Origin: Candidatus Binatia bacterium
GTDB taxonomy: Bacteria > Desulfobacterota > Binatia > HRBIN30
Direction: 5' to 3'
Assembly (NCBI GenBank): GCA_038245295.1
Contig: JBBRSP010000007.1
Coordinates: 1-64,000 of the forward strand
Length of the DNA: 64,000 nt
In this document: one piece after another, positions 10,294 to 19,801 of the stretch
Numbering within the stretch: position 1 is the first letter of the stretch
Layout: each line of letters opens with the position of its first letter
Program-made: the position numbers and the translations under genes
The notes under the pieces: model-generated
The model's input: the letters and a program-made list of their open reading frames with translations, nothing else
Databases searched by the model: none
Told to the model about the DNA's origin: nothing

Positions 10294-11832
10294 TCAATGG
10301 TGGTTGCGGCGCCGTCTCGCGATCCAGACCGCCAGTGCAGGTACGAGCAAGGGCAGGATCGACGATGATTCCGTCACCCCCGCTAGCGTGATCGCGCATC
10401 CTTCACTGTCGCTTCCCGTCGCCGGCGCGGCGGGCTCGCTCTGTTGCAGCCAGACGTAGCTGGCGACGGTGACCAGCTTGGACTCGCGCAAGACTTCGTA
10501 ACGGTAGCGATCCTCACCGGTGAGCGGCGCGTCGACGTCGACGGAATGCACGAAGGGATCGCTCGTGATCGGCGTCTGCTCTAACGTGTCGCCATCCTTG
10601 ATGAGTCTTAGCGTTCCGCCATTGCCGCCGGTCACCGTGGCACGCACACTGGAGTGTGTGGCGTAGACGACCTTGCCACGTCGTTGGCCGCTGACCTCGG
10701 TGTCGATCATCGGTGCGTCCGGACCCTCGAGTTTGACCACGGTTCGTGCCGAGCGCAGGCCCTCCATGATTGCCGGGACGCTGAGATTCTTGGCGTAGAC
10801 CAGCGTCGTCGGCGAGCCAATCGGCGAGTCGAACGTGCCGTTGACGATACCCGCGGAGTGATCGTCGCTGCCGCCGACCGCCGCCGCATGTGATCCGGCG
10901 GCGACGAGTGTCTCCCAAAAGCGCATGCCGGGGATGAGCCCGGTGCGAATCTCCACGGCATCGATCTGCTTCGGATCGACCTCGTGGTCCCAGCCACAGC
11001 CGATGCACAGATCACCAATGCGCAACTGCGGATGGTTGATCGAGAACAGCGCGCCCTGTTCGTGATACTTGCGGATCGCCGCGTCGAGGGTCGCCCCACG
11101 GACGCCGATCTTGTGATCAACCCACTGCCGCGCGCCGATGCCGTTGGCATGCCCGCCGTAGGTCGTGAACTCGACCCCGGGTAGCAGAAGAACCTCGGGC
11201 ACTCGCGCCTGTGCGTCGTGGTACCAGGAGAGTTGGCTGTTGGTGTTGTGTTCGGAGAGCATGATGAAGTCGAGCCCGCGTCCGTGGGCGAATTGCAGCA
11301 CCTCCTCGATCGAAGGCCGCGCGTCGCCGCTTTCGCGCGAGTGAACATGGAAGTCGCCGGCGTACCAACGCGCCGTGCTCGAGACCGGCGGTCGCTCTAC
11401 GTAAGGAGTGCGTTCGGTTTGTGCCGCCAGAGACGGCGTGTTGCGTAGGATGACATCGACGGCGTAGTGAGCCGGCAGCTCGACCACCTTGGCCTTGCCG
11501 ACCACGACCTCCCAGGTTCCCGCTTTAATCAGACCAGGAACGTAGCTGCGCGACGCGGCCGACACGCCGACGATCGCCGGCTCGCTATTGCCGCCGCCCC
11601 ATCCACGAAAGCCGTCGGGATCGTCCAGACCCCAATCGAGAATGTTGGCGTTCGACAGATCGTCATGGCGCACTTCGATCTCGACAATGCCGGCCGGCAC
11701 TTCGAATGGCAGGAAGAAATGTGTCTCCGGCGCCGTCGGCACCTCGCCGTTGAGATGAAGGACCGTCTCCGCCGCGGCGGCACGGCTGACGAGGACGCAA
11801 AGGGCAAAACCCAGGACCAGCAGACGCTGCAT
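10294..11832 (-). CDS. CehA/McbA-like PHP metallohydrolase with MYXO-CTERM-like C-terminal anchor
   Basis: GDFHVHS..SGD, SEHN, GHAN, INHP, GGSDDH; C-terminal GC + TM + RRRR. Confidence 0.8.
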   Translation of the reverse strand: MQRLLVLGFALCVLVSRAAAAETVLHLNGEVPTAPETHFFLPFEVPAGIVEIEVRHDDLSNANILDWGLDDPDGFRGWGGGNSEPAIVGVSAASRSYVPGLIKAGTWEVVVGKAKVVELPAHYAVDVILRNTPSLAAQTERTPYVERPPVSSTARWYAGDFHVHSRESGDARPSIEEVLQFAHGRGLDFIMLSEHNTNSQLSWYHDAQARVPEVLLLPGVEFTTYGGHANGIGARQWVDHKIGVRGATLDAAIRKYHEQGALFSINHPQLRIGDLCIGCGWDHEVDPKQIDAVEIRTGLIPGMRFWETLVAAGSHAAAVGGSDDHSAGIVNGTFDSPIGSPTTLVYAKNLSVPAIMEGLRSARTVVKLEGPDAPMIDTEVSGQRRGKVVYATHSSVRATVTGGNGGTLRLIKDGDTLEQTPITSDPFVHSVDVDAPLTGEDRYRYEVLRESKLVTVASYVWLQQSEPAAPATGSDSEGCAITLAGVTESSSILPLLVPALAVWIARRRRNHH

Positions 11833-12005
11833 TCGGAATCTCCCTCTTATGGAAAGGCTTAGGCTCAGGCACAGGCTTGGGCTTGGGTTGGGGTTTTACC
11901 TTGTTGCCCTCGACTTTGCCTCTGCCACTTTAAAAAATGCTCTCCTTCGACAGAATGCTCCGGTCGGCGTGAGAGGCTCCCTTCCCTGGCTACCGCGCTG
12001 AAGCA

Positions 12006-12139
12006 GTAGCGGCGGTTCGGGAACCGCCCGGTTATTCCCGCCACCGCTCAAGAGAATCGCGTAGCGCCGCACTCAACGGCAACCGTAGACATCGAATGGC
12101 AGCGCCGGTTCGCAGGGCGGTTCCCGAACCGCCCCCTAC
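12006..12139. repeat. Inverted REP family B doublet (REPIN-like)
   Basis: GTAGCGGCGGTTCGGGAACCGCCC at 12006 and GGGCGGTTCCCGAACCGCCCCCTAC ending at 12139. Confidence 0.7.
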
Positions 12140-12262
12140 ATTCCTGCATCGTGACATCATGCGGCACTGGAAATCTGCGCGCGCCGACAAGAAGTGGAAC
12201 ATTGGGGCACAGGCGCAATGGAAACCGTTGGGCAATTCACACGCGACAATGACCGTTCAGGG

Positions 12263-12286
12263 CATATGCTGTTGACATCGCATATG
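12263..12286 (+). promoter_or_regulatory. Imperfect palindrome overlapping a TTGACA (-35-like) upstream of paralog 2
   Basis: CATATGCTGTTGACATCGCATATG; no clear -10 at canonical spacing. Confidence 0.35.
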
Positions 12287-12393
12287 TTTCCCGGTCAGCA
12301 CTACTGATGCTCGCCGGTCAGGCTTGCGGTTTCAGTTCACAGCGCCGGCCTTGGCGACGCCGCTATTGCGGCATCACGGGAGATCGATTTGTT

Positions 12394-14388
12394 ATGAAGA
12401 TGGTACGATTGATTGGGTTGGGCTTTACGGTCGGAGTATTTGGTCTGGCGTCACTCACCGCCCCGGCAGTGCAGGCGGCTACGTGTGACAGCGGGACGTT
12501 CGACAGCACCTTCGCGCTGATCCAGAAGGTCGTCTTCGAAAATCACGGCTGCAGCAGCTCGGTATGCCACGGCAGTGCCGCTTCGGGCGGGCTCAACCTT
12601 GAACCGGAGCACGCCTACGCAAATCTGGTGGATGTCGCAGCCGAGACCGTTCCGGGCTGGCTGCGTGTACACACCGGGTCGAAGGATCAAAGCCTGCTCT
12701 GGCTCAACCTCGCCTCCAAAACCTTCCCGAGCCAATATCACGCGCCGCTGCGCGCCATGCCTCTCGATCCGGTGCCGGCGCTGAGCGCCAACGAATTGGA
12801 GCTGGTAAGCCGCTGGATCGAAGTCGGCGCACCACGCGACGGTGTGGTCAGCGGCACCGCGGATCTCGTCGATGCCTGCCTGCCGCCACCCAAACCACTC
12901 GAAATTGCGCCGCTGCCGCCACCGGCGCCGGGTACCGGGGTACAGATCCATATGCCGCGCTGGGAGCTGCCGGCGCACAGCGAAAATGAAGTGTGTTACG
13001 CGAGTTACTACGACGTGACGGACCAGGTGCCGGTCGAGTTACGCCAGCCGAACGGCACCTTCCGCTACAAGGGCTTCGAGATGCGGCAGGATCCGCTCAG
13101 CCATCATCTGATCGTCAATCGATACAATGGCACCGCCTCACCCAATGATCCGGCGTGGGGTCCGTATCGCTGTCGCGGCGGTGCCCGCGATGGTGAAACC
13201 TGCGACCCGCTCGACCTCGCGTTCTGCGGCGAGGGCAGCGGCTGTGCCACCGATTTCGAGCGAACCTTTGCCTGCTTCGGCTTCGGCCCTCCGGGCTTAC
13301 CCGGGAGCGTCGGGTTGAACGGCGGCGTCTTGGTGTCGCAGCAGACCGTCGAGACGCTGAGCTACGCCGACGGCGTGTACAACGAGTTGCCCATGAAGGG
13401 CATCATCAAATGGAATTCACACGCCTTCAATCTGACCGACACCGCCGGCAAGCTCGAAGGCTGGATCAATTTCGAATTTGCGACGCCCGACGAACAACGG
13501 ACGCCATCGCGCGGCATCTTCAACACCAGCAAACTGTTCGCGATGAACGTGCCGGCCTTCAGTACCCAGGAGATCTGCAGCACCGAGGAGCTGCCTCCGA
13601 ACGCCCACTTGTACGAGCTCACGTCGCATACCCACAAGCGCGGCAAGCGCTTCCGCACCTTCGCCGGTTCGTGGCGCTGTCAGGGCGGCTCAAAGGACAA
13701 CATCGCCTGCTCGCCGTTCGGGCCGGATTTCGACAGCCCGGATCTCTGCGCCGGCGCGCCGTGTGCCTCCACCGAGCGAGTTCCGTTCGGCGACTGCGAT
13801 CGCGATGGCAGCGTCGGCATCAATGAGGTGATCGCCGCGGTCAACGTCGCCCTTGGCAACATGCCGATTGAGAGCTGCCAGGACGGCGACGGAAACGGCG
13901 ACGGCGCGGTCTCGGTCGACGAATTGATCGTCTCAATCAACGCCGCCCTGGGCAGTCCGCCGGCACCGCGACCGCGCGACCCGCAGGCCAGCCTCCTCTA
14001 CGTCAATCTGGTGTACAACGATCCGTTGCAGCTACGCTTCAATCCACCGCACGTCTATCCGGGCGTGGCGTCGTCGGCCGATGAGCGTACACTGACTTTC
14101 TGTTCGCTCTACGACAACGGCTTCACGAATCCGGCCGAGGTAAAGCGCAAGTCGACGTCACCGATCCCGCCGTTGTCGTTTGCCGGTGGTCCGTGCAACA
14201 TACCGACGAACTGCACGAATGGCCTGGTTGGCCAACCCTGCAGCGGCACAGGTGCCGCGGCGCGCAATGCCTCGTGTGATTCCACGGCCGGCGACGGCAA
14301 GTGTGATGCGTGTCCCTTGAAGGGTGGCGAGACGACAGAAGACGAGATGGATATTTTGATGGGGTCGTTCTACGTGCCGACCGAGTGA
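12394..14388 (+). CDS. Secreted cytochrome-c-like + PHM/DBH-like copper monooxygenase-like protein with dockerin-like insert, paralog 2
   Basis: Colinear with 5065-7047: CSSSVCH, RAMPLDP, SHH, NSH, SHTH, EDEM, GDCDRDGSVGINEV..VNVALG. Confidence 0.7.
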   Translation: MKMVRLIGLGFTVGVFGLASLTAPAVQAATCDSGTFDSTFALIQKVVFENHGCSSSVCHGSAASGGLNLEPEHAYANLVDVAAETVPGWLRVHTGSKDQSLLWLNLASKTFPSQYHAPLRAMPLDPVPALSANELELVSRWIEVGAPRDGVVSGTADLVDACLPPPKPLEIAPLPPPAPGTGVQIHMPRWELPAHSENEVCYASYYDVTDQVPVELRQPNGTFRYKGFEMRQDPLSHHLIVNRYNGTASPNDPAWGPYRCRGGARDGETCDPLDLAFCGEGSGCATDFERTFACFGFGPPGLPGSVGLNGGVLVSQQTVETLSYADGVYNELPMKGIIKWNSHAFNLTDTAGKLEGWINFEFATPDEQRTPSRGIFNTSKLFAMNVPAFSTQEICSTEELPPNAHLYELTSHTHKRGKRFRTFAGSWRCQGGSKDNIACSPFGPDFDSPDLCAGAPCASTERVPFGDCDRDGSVGINEVIAAVNVALGNMPIESCQDGDGNGDGAVSVDELIVSINAALGSPPAPRPRDPQASLLYVNLVYNDPLQLRFNPPHVYPGVASSADERTLTFCSLYDNGFTNPAEVKRKSTSPIPPLSFAGGPCNIPTNCTNGLVGQPCSGTGAAARNASCDSTAGDGKCDACPLKGGETTEDEMDILMGSFYVPTE

Positions 14389-14408
14389 ACGAAGCGCACC
14401 CGGCTGGC

Positions 14409-15713
14409 TCAAATCATCTCCCAGCCGCCACCAAACAAGAATGCCTGCCAGAGCAGGCCGCCGGTGGATGCCACGAGGATCAGCCAGCGGATCGTGCTCT
14501 GCGATAGTTGTTCGCCCATGACAACGAAGATCGGGACGATCACCCAGACATAACGCCCCATGGTCGCATTCATTCCCGTCGACAGGGGCAACAGAATCAT
14601 GAGGCCGCTGCTCAGCACCAGGCCCCAGTGAAGCTTACGCACCGCCGGCACCCACAGAATGGCCCACCAGGTCAGCCAGGGAGCGAGCAGCCGGCCGCTA
14701 TAGAACCGGTAGGGTTCAGCTTCAGGACTGGACATCACGTGCAGCGAGTATCGGGTGGCATCGACCAGATCCATGATCCAGGCTAGCGGATTGGGGTTCC
14801 CAAGTTCGGGCCGCCAGATTTTCTCGATCGATGCGAACAGAAACGGATCGCCGAATTCATGGTACAGAAACACCATATAGAGCAGTAATCCCAGGCCCGA
14901 ACAGAGCATGCCGAGCAGGGCTCGCAAGCGTGTGGGGCCAGTCAGAAACGGAATCAAAAGCGCGCCGCCGATGAGGACTCCGCGGATCTTGATGGCCGAT
15001 GCCAGGCCGCCAGATAGGCCGGTCGAAATATAGTCGCGTTCGAGCAGCAACTGCATCGCCATAATCGACAGCACGGCCAGGAGTGCCTCGGAATAGGGGA
15101 CGGCGCTGAAGAACGCGGTAGGGAATGTCAGCCACAGCGCCAGTGTCCAACGTGCCGCGGCGAGGCCCGATCGTCTGTAGACAAACCGGTAGAGCAAGCA
15201 GGAACCGAGTAGCATCAGACCGTTGACCAGCAACATCGCGGACAAGACGAGCGGAATCCCGAGCTGGTGGAGACCGCGAATCAGCAGGGGAAACAGAGGA
15301 TAGAAGGCCAGGTTCTGTTCAGCGGCCAACTGCGCATCGGCGACATAGCCGACTTCCGCGACACTCAGCCACCACAATACGTCCCAGTGGACGAACGGCC
15401 GTGCCGGTCCGTCCGTCGTGACGTACAACATGGGTTGTTTGCCGAACTTCTCCAGGTTGCGGAATCCGACCGCATAGTCGCGATAGAACTGCTCCAGATC
15501 AGCTTTTGGCCCGGCGCTCGGCGTCTCCCGACTCGTCAGATTGTAGGTATGCTCGATGGGGAAGAGCTGGCTGCCCAGCACCATCGCCACGATGCAGATC
15601 GCCCGGCTCAGGAACCAGCCGAGTACCGGTTCACGCCATGCTACCCGTTGCGGGGCGCCACTCGTCGTAGGTGGAAGTTGCGCGACGGTGGGCGAGCTGG
15701 TCATCGGATGCAT
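14409..15713 (-). CDS. GT-C mannosyltransferase-like membrane protein (PIG-V/Mannosyl_trans2-like)
   Basis: HWD.LW...AE.GY, AFYPLFP, PYSEAL, GRY motifs; many TM segments. Confidence 0.8.
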   Translation of the reverse strand: MHPMTSSPTVAQLPPTTSGAPQRVAWREPVLGWFLSRAICIVAMVLGSQLFPIEHTYNLTSRETPSAGPKADLEQFYRDYAVGFRNLEKFGKQPMLYVTTDGPARPFVHWDVLWWLSVAEVGYVADAQLAAEQNLAFYPLFPLLIRGLHQLGIPLVLSAMLLVNGLMLLGSCLLYRFVYRRSGLAAARWTLALWLTFPTAFFSAVPYSEALLAVLSIMAMQLLLERDYISTGLSGGLASAIKIRGVLIGGALLIPFLTGPTRLRALLGMLCSGLGLLLYMVFLYHEFGDPFLFASIEKIWRPELGNPNPLAWIMDLVDATRYSLHVMSSPEAEPYRFYSGRLLAPWLTWWAILWVPAVRKLHWGLVLSSGLMILLPLSTGMNATMGRYVWVIVPIFVVMGEQLSQSTIRWLILVASTGGLLWQAFLFGGGWEMI

Positions 15714-16031
15714 ACGCGCCGTGCAACCAGCGACCGGACACGAACAGTTTCATGATTGAACTCGTCGCCAGTAAGGTCCCGCATTTCCAGGGACACAATA
15801 ATCGGTTTGACGGAAAGCGCCAAGCGAAGCCCGGCGTCGGCAAGACGAACCGAGCGGAAACAGATCGTTCTATACGACCGCCGTTAACGCCTATTCACCG
15901 TGTGCACTGGCCGCGGTTGCTGCCCGAACTCCCCCGCCAGGATGAAGCTCGCAGAAGGCGGAGCGCTTGCTCACGCCTGCTGTGTGGTGTAGCCGAGCCG
16001 ACACGAACAAACGTTAAGGGAGGACCTTTCG

Positions 16032-17168
16032 ATGGCGCGTGCATACAAGATCATTTCCGCGGACTCTCACACCTTGGAGCCGCCCGATCTCTGGGAGAAG
16101 TGGCTCGAGCGCAAGTACCTCGACACCGCTCCTAAGCTCGTTGAAGACAAAGACGGCGGGCACGCTTGGCTATACATGGGGTCGAACGTACCGGAGCCGC
16201 TCGGGCTGGTGACCTGCGTCGGCACGCGGCCGGAAGATCTCAAGTGGACCGGCGCACGCTTCGGCGCCACGACGAAAGAAGGCACACGCGAGATTCACCC
16301 CGGCTGCTACCTCGGCGACAAACGCCTCGAGATCCTCGACGAAGACGGCGTCGATGCCGAGATCCTCTACCCACCGCAACGTCCGATGCTCACCTTCATG
16401 AAGAGCAAGGACACCGACGCCCACCTGGCCGGCATCCGCGCCTACAATCGCTGGTTGAAGGAAGGCTTCTGCGCCGCCGATCCAGAGCGGTTGATCGGCA
16501 TCTTCCAGACGCCAAACGTCGGCATCGAGACTTCCGTCGCCGAGCTCAAGCGCGCCAAGAAGGAAGGCCATAAGGGCGTCGCGCTATCGGCGTGGCCATC
16601 GGGCGGCGACAACTTGCGCCCGGAAGATGATCCGTTCTGGGAGGCGGCCGCCGAGCTCGGCATGCCGGTATCGATCCACATCCTGCTGGCGGCGCAGCAA
16701 CAGAAGATGGGCGCGTCGAGTAAAGGCTCCGTGGCAATCGGCGCCTCGGCCTTCATGTACAGTATGCCGCTCATCGTCGAGATGATCTTCCAGGGAGTCT
16801 TCGATCGCTTCCCGAAGCTACGCCTGGCGCTGATCGAAGTCGGCGTCGGCTGGATCCCGCATTTCCTGGAGATGATCGACGACCGCTACTGGCGCAACCG
16901 CCACTGGACCAACACCAAGACGAAAAAGGTCCCAAGCGAATACTTCCGCGACAACATGCTCGCGACGTTCATCATCGACCGCAACGGCGTTTCGGTGCGC
17001 CACCAGGTTGGCCTCGACAACATGTGCTGGTCGACCGACTTCCCACATCACGGCAACGACTACCCCTACTCGCGCAAGGTGATCGAGGAATTGTTCTCGA
17101 CCATCCCCGAGTCGGAGCGCCAGAAGATCGTTTGCGATAACGCCGTACGATTCTGGAATCTGCGCTGA
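16032..17168 (+). CDS. Amidohydrolase_2 family protein
   Basis: ISADSH..EP, AYNRW, SIHI, E.G.GW, WSTDFPH, NA.RF. Confidence 0.9.
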   Translation: MARAYKIISADSHTLEPPDLWEKWLERKYLDTAPKLVEDKDGGHAWLYMGSNVPEPLGLVTCVGTRPEDLKWTGARFGATTKEGTREIHPGCYLGDKRLEILDEDGVDAEILYPPQRPMLTFMKSKDTDAHLAGIRAYNRWLKEGFCAADPERLIGIFQTPNVGIETSVAELKRAKKEGHKGVALSAWPSGGDNLRPEDDPFWEAAAELGMPVSIHILLAAQQQKMGASSKGSVAIGASAFMYSMPLIVEMIFQGVFDRFPKLRLALIEVGVGWIPHFLEMIDDRYWRNRHWTNTKTKKVPSEYFRDNMLATFIIDRNGVSVRHQVGLDNMCWSTDFPHHGNDYPYSRKVIEELFSTIPESERQKIVCDNAVRFWNLR

Positions 17169-17245
17169 GGGTTCAGCCTCTGCCTAAGCTTGGGGCCTCT
17201 GCATTTGTACGGCAGAGGCTGAAAGGCTTGGGCAGAGGCTGGAGG

Positions 17246-17663
17246 CTAAGTACTGTTCGGCACAAATGCGGTGACGTATCCGACAGGCTGCCGATGAACA
17301 TGATCTGACCCGGCTTCATCCTGGTTCGCTTTGGCCGAACTGCCTGCGGAAGCACGAGTAGTTCCCTCTCCCAGCTCGAACGGTTCGGCAACATCTGGGA
17401 GAGGGTTAGGGTGAGGGTTTGGGTCTGCGGACTCAGAAGGGCCCTCACCCCGGCCCTCTCCCACGTTCCGAGATTCCGCTCGAAGTGGGAGAGGGGGCCC
17501 TTTAGCCCAGAGCTAGAAGGGCACCATCGAAGTGCGTGGGCCTCAGTTCATGGCCTCGCCAAGCCGGCGCTATCACCGGTCGGGCTCTCATGGTGAGCGG
17601 GTCATGTACTGCTTCCGAACAGCCGGGAAATACGTCGCTGAACTTGTGAACCGGAGTACTTAG
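17246..17663. mobile_element. MITE with IS701-like ends, copy 2 (carries family C hairpins)
   Basis: CTAAGTACT...AGTACTTAG ends; both termini homologous to 3-322; different interior. Confidence 0.75.
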
Positions 17664-17708
17664 GCTTGGGAACGTGCAATCGTTCCTTCCGGCAATTGAC
17701 TGGGGCTT

Positions 17709-18641
17709 CTAGTTTCGTCGCCACTCCGATGGCGACCGGCCCGTCTCGCGACGTAGGATTCGGCGCAATGTCGAGGCATCCGCATACCCGACGCGGGCCG
17801 AGATCTCCTCGACGGACAGGCGGGTCGTGCCAAGAAGTGCCATCGCTGTCTCGACGCGAACGCGCTGGACGAACCTGGCCGGCGACACGCCGCAGACCAC
17901 CGCGAGACGGCGTGCGAACGTACGCGGCGTCAACGCGGCCGCCACGGCGACCTGCTCCATACCGAACGCTCGCGCGATATTGTCGCGCACCCAACGTTCC
18001 GCCGCGGCAAGCTTGCTGTCGACGGCGGCGAGCGTCGAAATCGCCATGTAGGGTGTTTGCGAGCGCCGTTCGTCGAGAACCAGGTAGCGCGAACACGCCA
18101 GCGCCAACTCGGGTCCGCCGAAGCGGTTGACCAATCTCAGCATGACATCCATCTGCGCCATGGCAGCGCCACCGGTGACGAAGTTGCCGTCTTCGACGAC
18201 GATTTGATCGGCCCGCAGATCGATCGTCGGGTAACGCCGTGCGAACACCGGCGCCAACCACCAGGTCGTCGTCGCACAGCGTCCGTCGAGCAGACCGGTT
18301 TCGGCGAGCAGGAAACTGCTGGCGCACGAAGCCGCAACAATGGCGCCGCGCTGCGCGGCGCGCTGAAGCAACTCGCCGACGCGCCGCGCCGCTGGCGTCG
18401 CCAGGGCAGCCACGAGATCACTCTCCGAGGCTATGCCGAGGCCCGGCAGAATGACGACATCATTCCGTTTGATCGAACCGTCCCAGGCTCGACTGCCGGC
18501 GCCACGGACCCTGACGATCTCGAAGACGGGTTCGCGGCCGCGTCGTTGTTGGATGTGGTTGGCGGTCGACAACACGTCGTGGGTGATCGCCAGGCTCGAG
18601 GCCAGCATCGTCGGCAGTTCAAGAACGATCATCCGTGTCAT
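17709..18641 (-). CDS. GlxA-type AraC regulator (DJ-1/PfpI + HTH)
   Basis: ASCASSFLLAETGLLDGR.ATTTWW; C-terminal VGYADASTLRR. Confidence 0.9.
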   Translation of the reverse strand: MTRMIVLELPTMLASSLAITHDVLSTANHIQQRRGREPVFEIVRVRGAGSRAWDGSIKRNDVVILPGLGIASESDLVAALATPAARRVGELLQRAAQRGAIVAASCASSFLLAETGLLDGRCATTTWWLAPVFARRYPTIDLRADQIVVEDGNFVTGGAAMAQMDVMLRLVNRFGGPELALACSRYLVLDERRSQTPYMAISTLAAVDSKLAAAERWVRDNIARAFGMEQVAVAAALTPRTFARRLAVVCGVSPARFVQRVRVETAMALLGTTRLSVEEISARVGYADASTLRRILRRETGRSPSEWRRN

Positions 18642-18731
18642 GTCGAATTCAGCCCGTTTATTGCCCGTTTGGACACTAGCTGGCGTGATGCCGTTTGGCG
18701 AATCATGCGACAGGCGCAACGCCGCAAGCTG

Positions 18732-18754
18732 GTAGGCGCAGGCTTTAGACTGCG
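18732..18754 (+). repeat. GTAG-type REP, family A
   Basis: GTAGGCGCAGGCTTTAGACTGCG. Confidence 0.75.
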
Positions 18755-18790
18755 CTGTGGGTCCGATTACGACGAGACAAGGGAGCAGCG

Positions 18791-19609
18791 ATGACAAAGC
18801 GCAGCGTGCGCGAGGATGACAGCCTCGACGATTTCAACCACCGCGAGATCACTCTCGATGGCGCGACCAAGCTGGTGCACCTCGTCGGCGCCGGGCCGGC
18901 AGTAATCGTCATGACCGAGATGCCCGGCATCAGCCCGCACGTCGCACGTTTCAGTCGCTGGGTTCGAGACGCGGGATTCACGGTCTACATGCCGTCGCTG
19001 TTTGGTCGCGACGGCGCCGTCGTGAGCGCCGACGAAGGTGCAGCGGTCTTTCAGCGAGCCTGCATTAGCGCCGAGTTCCGCGCCTTCGCGGCCAACGAAT
19101 CGAGTCCGGTGACGAGGTGGCTGATGGCTCTGGCGCGCCTGGCGCATCGGGAGTGCGGCGGGCCCGGCGTCGGCGCCATCGGCATGTGTTTTACCGGCAA
19201 CTTTGCCCTGACGATGATGCTCGAACCGGCGGTGCTGGCACCCGTGTTGTGTCAGCCGTCGCTACCGCTGGACGACCCGGCCGGCATCGAGATTGCCGCC
19301 GATGAGATCAAGGCCGTCCGCCAGCGACTCGAGCGCGAAGACCTGACGGTGTTGGGATATCGATTCGCCGGCGACAAGTTTTGCCAGGCCCAACGTTTCG
19401 CGGCCTATGGCGCGGCACTCGGCGACCGTTTTGTTGGAAGCGTGCTTCCGGACAGCGCGGCCAACACCGATCTCGCACCGTTCTTCGCGCGCCACGTGAC
19501 CACTCCGCACAGCGTCGTCACCGCCCATCTGATCGATGCGGCGGGACAGCCGACCATCGCGGCGCGCGACGAGATCCTGTCGTTCTTTGCACGCCGCCTG
19601 CTGCCTTAG
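18791..19609 (+). CDS. Dienelactone hydrolase family protein
   Basis: EMPG, nucleophile GMCFTG, HSVVT; divergent from the AraC regulator. Confidence 0.85.
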   Translation: MTKRSVREDDSLDDFNHREITLDGATKLVHLVGAGPAVIVMTEMPGISPHVARFSRWVRDAGFTVYMPSLFGRDGAVVSADEGAAVFQRACISAEFRAFAANESSPVTRWLMALARLAHRECGGPGVGAIGMCFTGNFALTMMLEPAVLAPVLCQPSLPLDDPAGIEIAADEIKAVRQRLEREDLTVLGYRFAGDKFCQAQRFAAYGAALGDRFVGSVLPDSAANTDLAPFFARHVTTPHSVVTAHLIDAAGQPTIAARDEILSFFARRLLP

Positions 19610-19801
19610 TTCCGCCTCGATTCGCAGCCTATACGTCCTCGCCCGGCTTGCCCGTCATCGAAGCTGGAATCCCCGTTCTCGTTCTGGATCCTGGGTTCGC
19701 GTTTCTCGATGCGCTCGGCGCGCTCGCCGCGACTGGCCGGCCAACGCATCGAGAATGGAGAATCGAAAACCCAGAATTCAGGATGAGAACCGATGGCGCG
19801 C

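Noticed and set aside
19665..19790. GAGAATC-like short repeats (also 8696-8728) and a paired motif at 2266-2356
   Set aside because: Likely degenerate repeat remnants; boundaries cannot be defined by eye.
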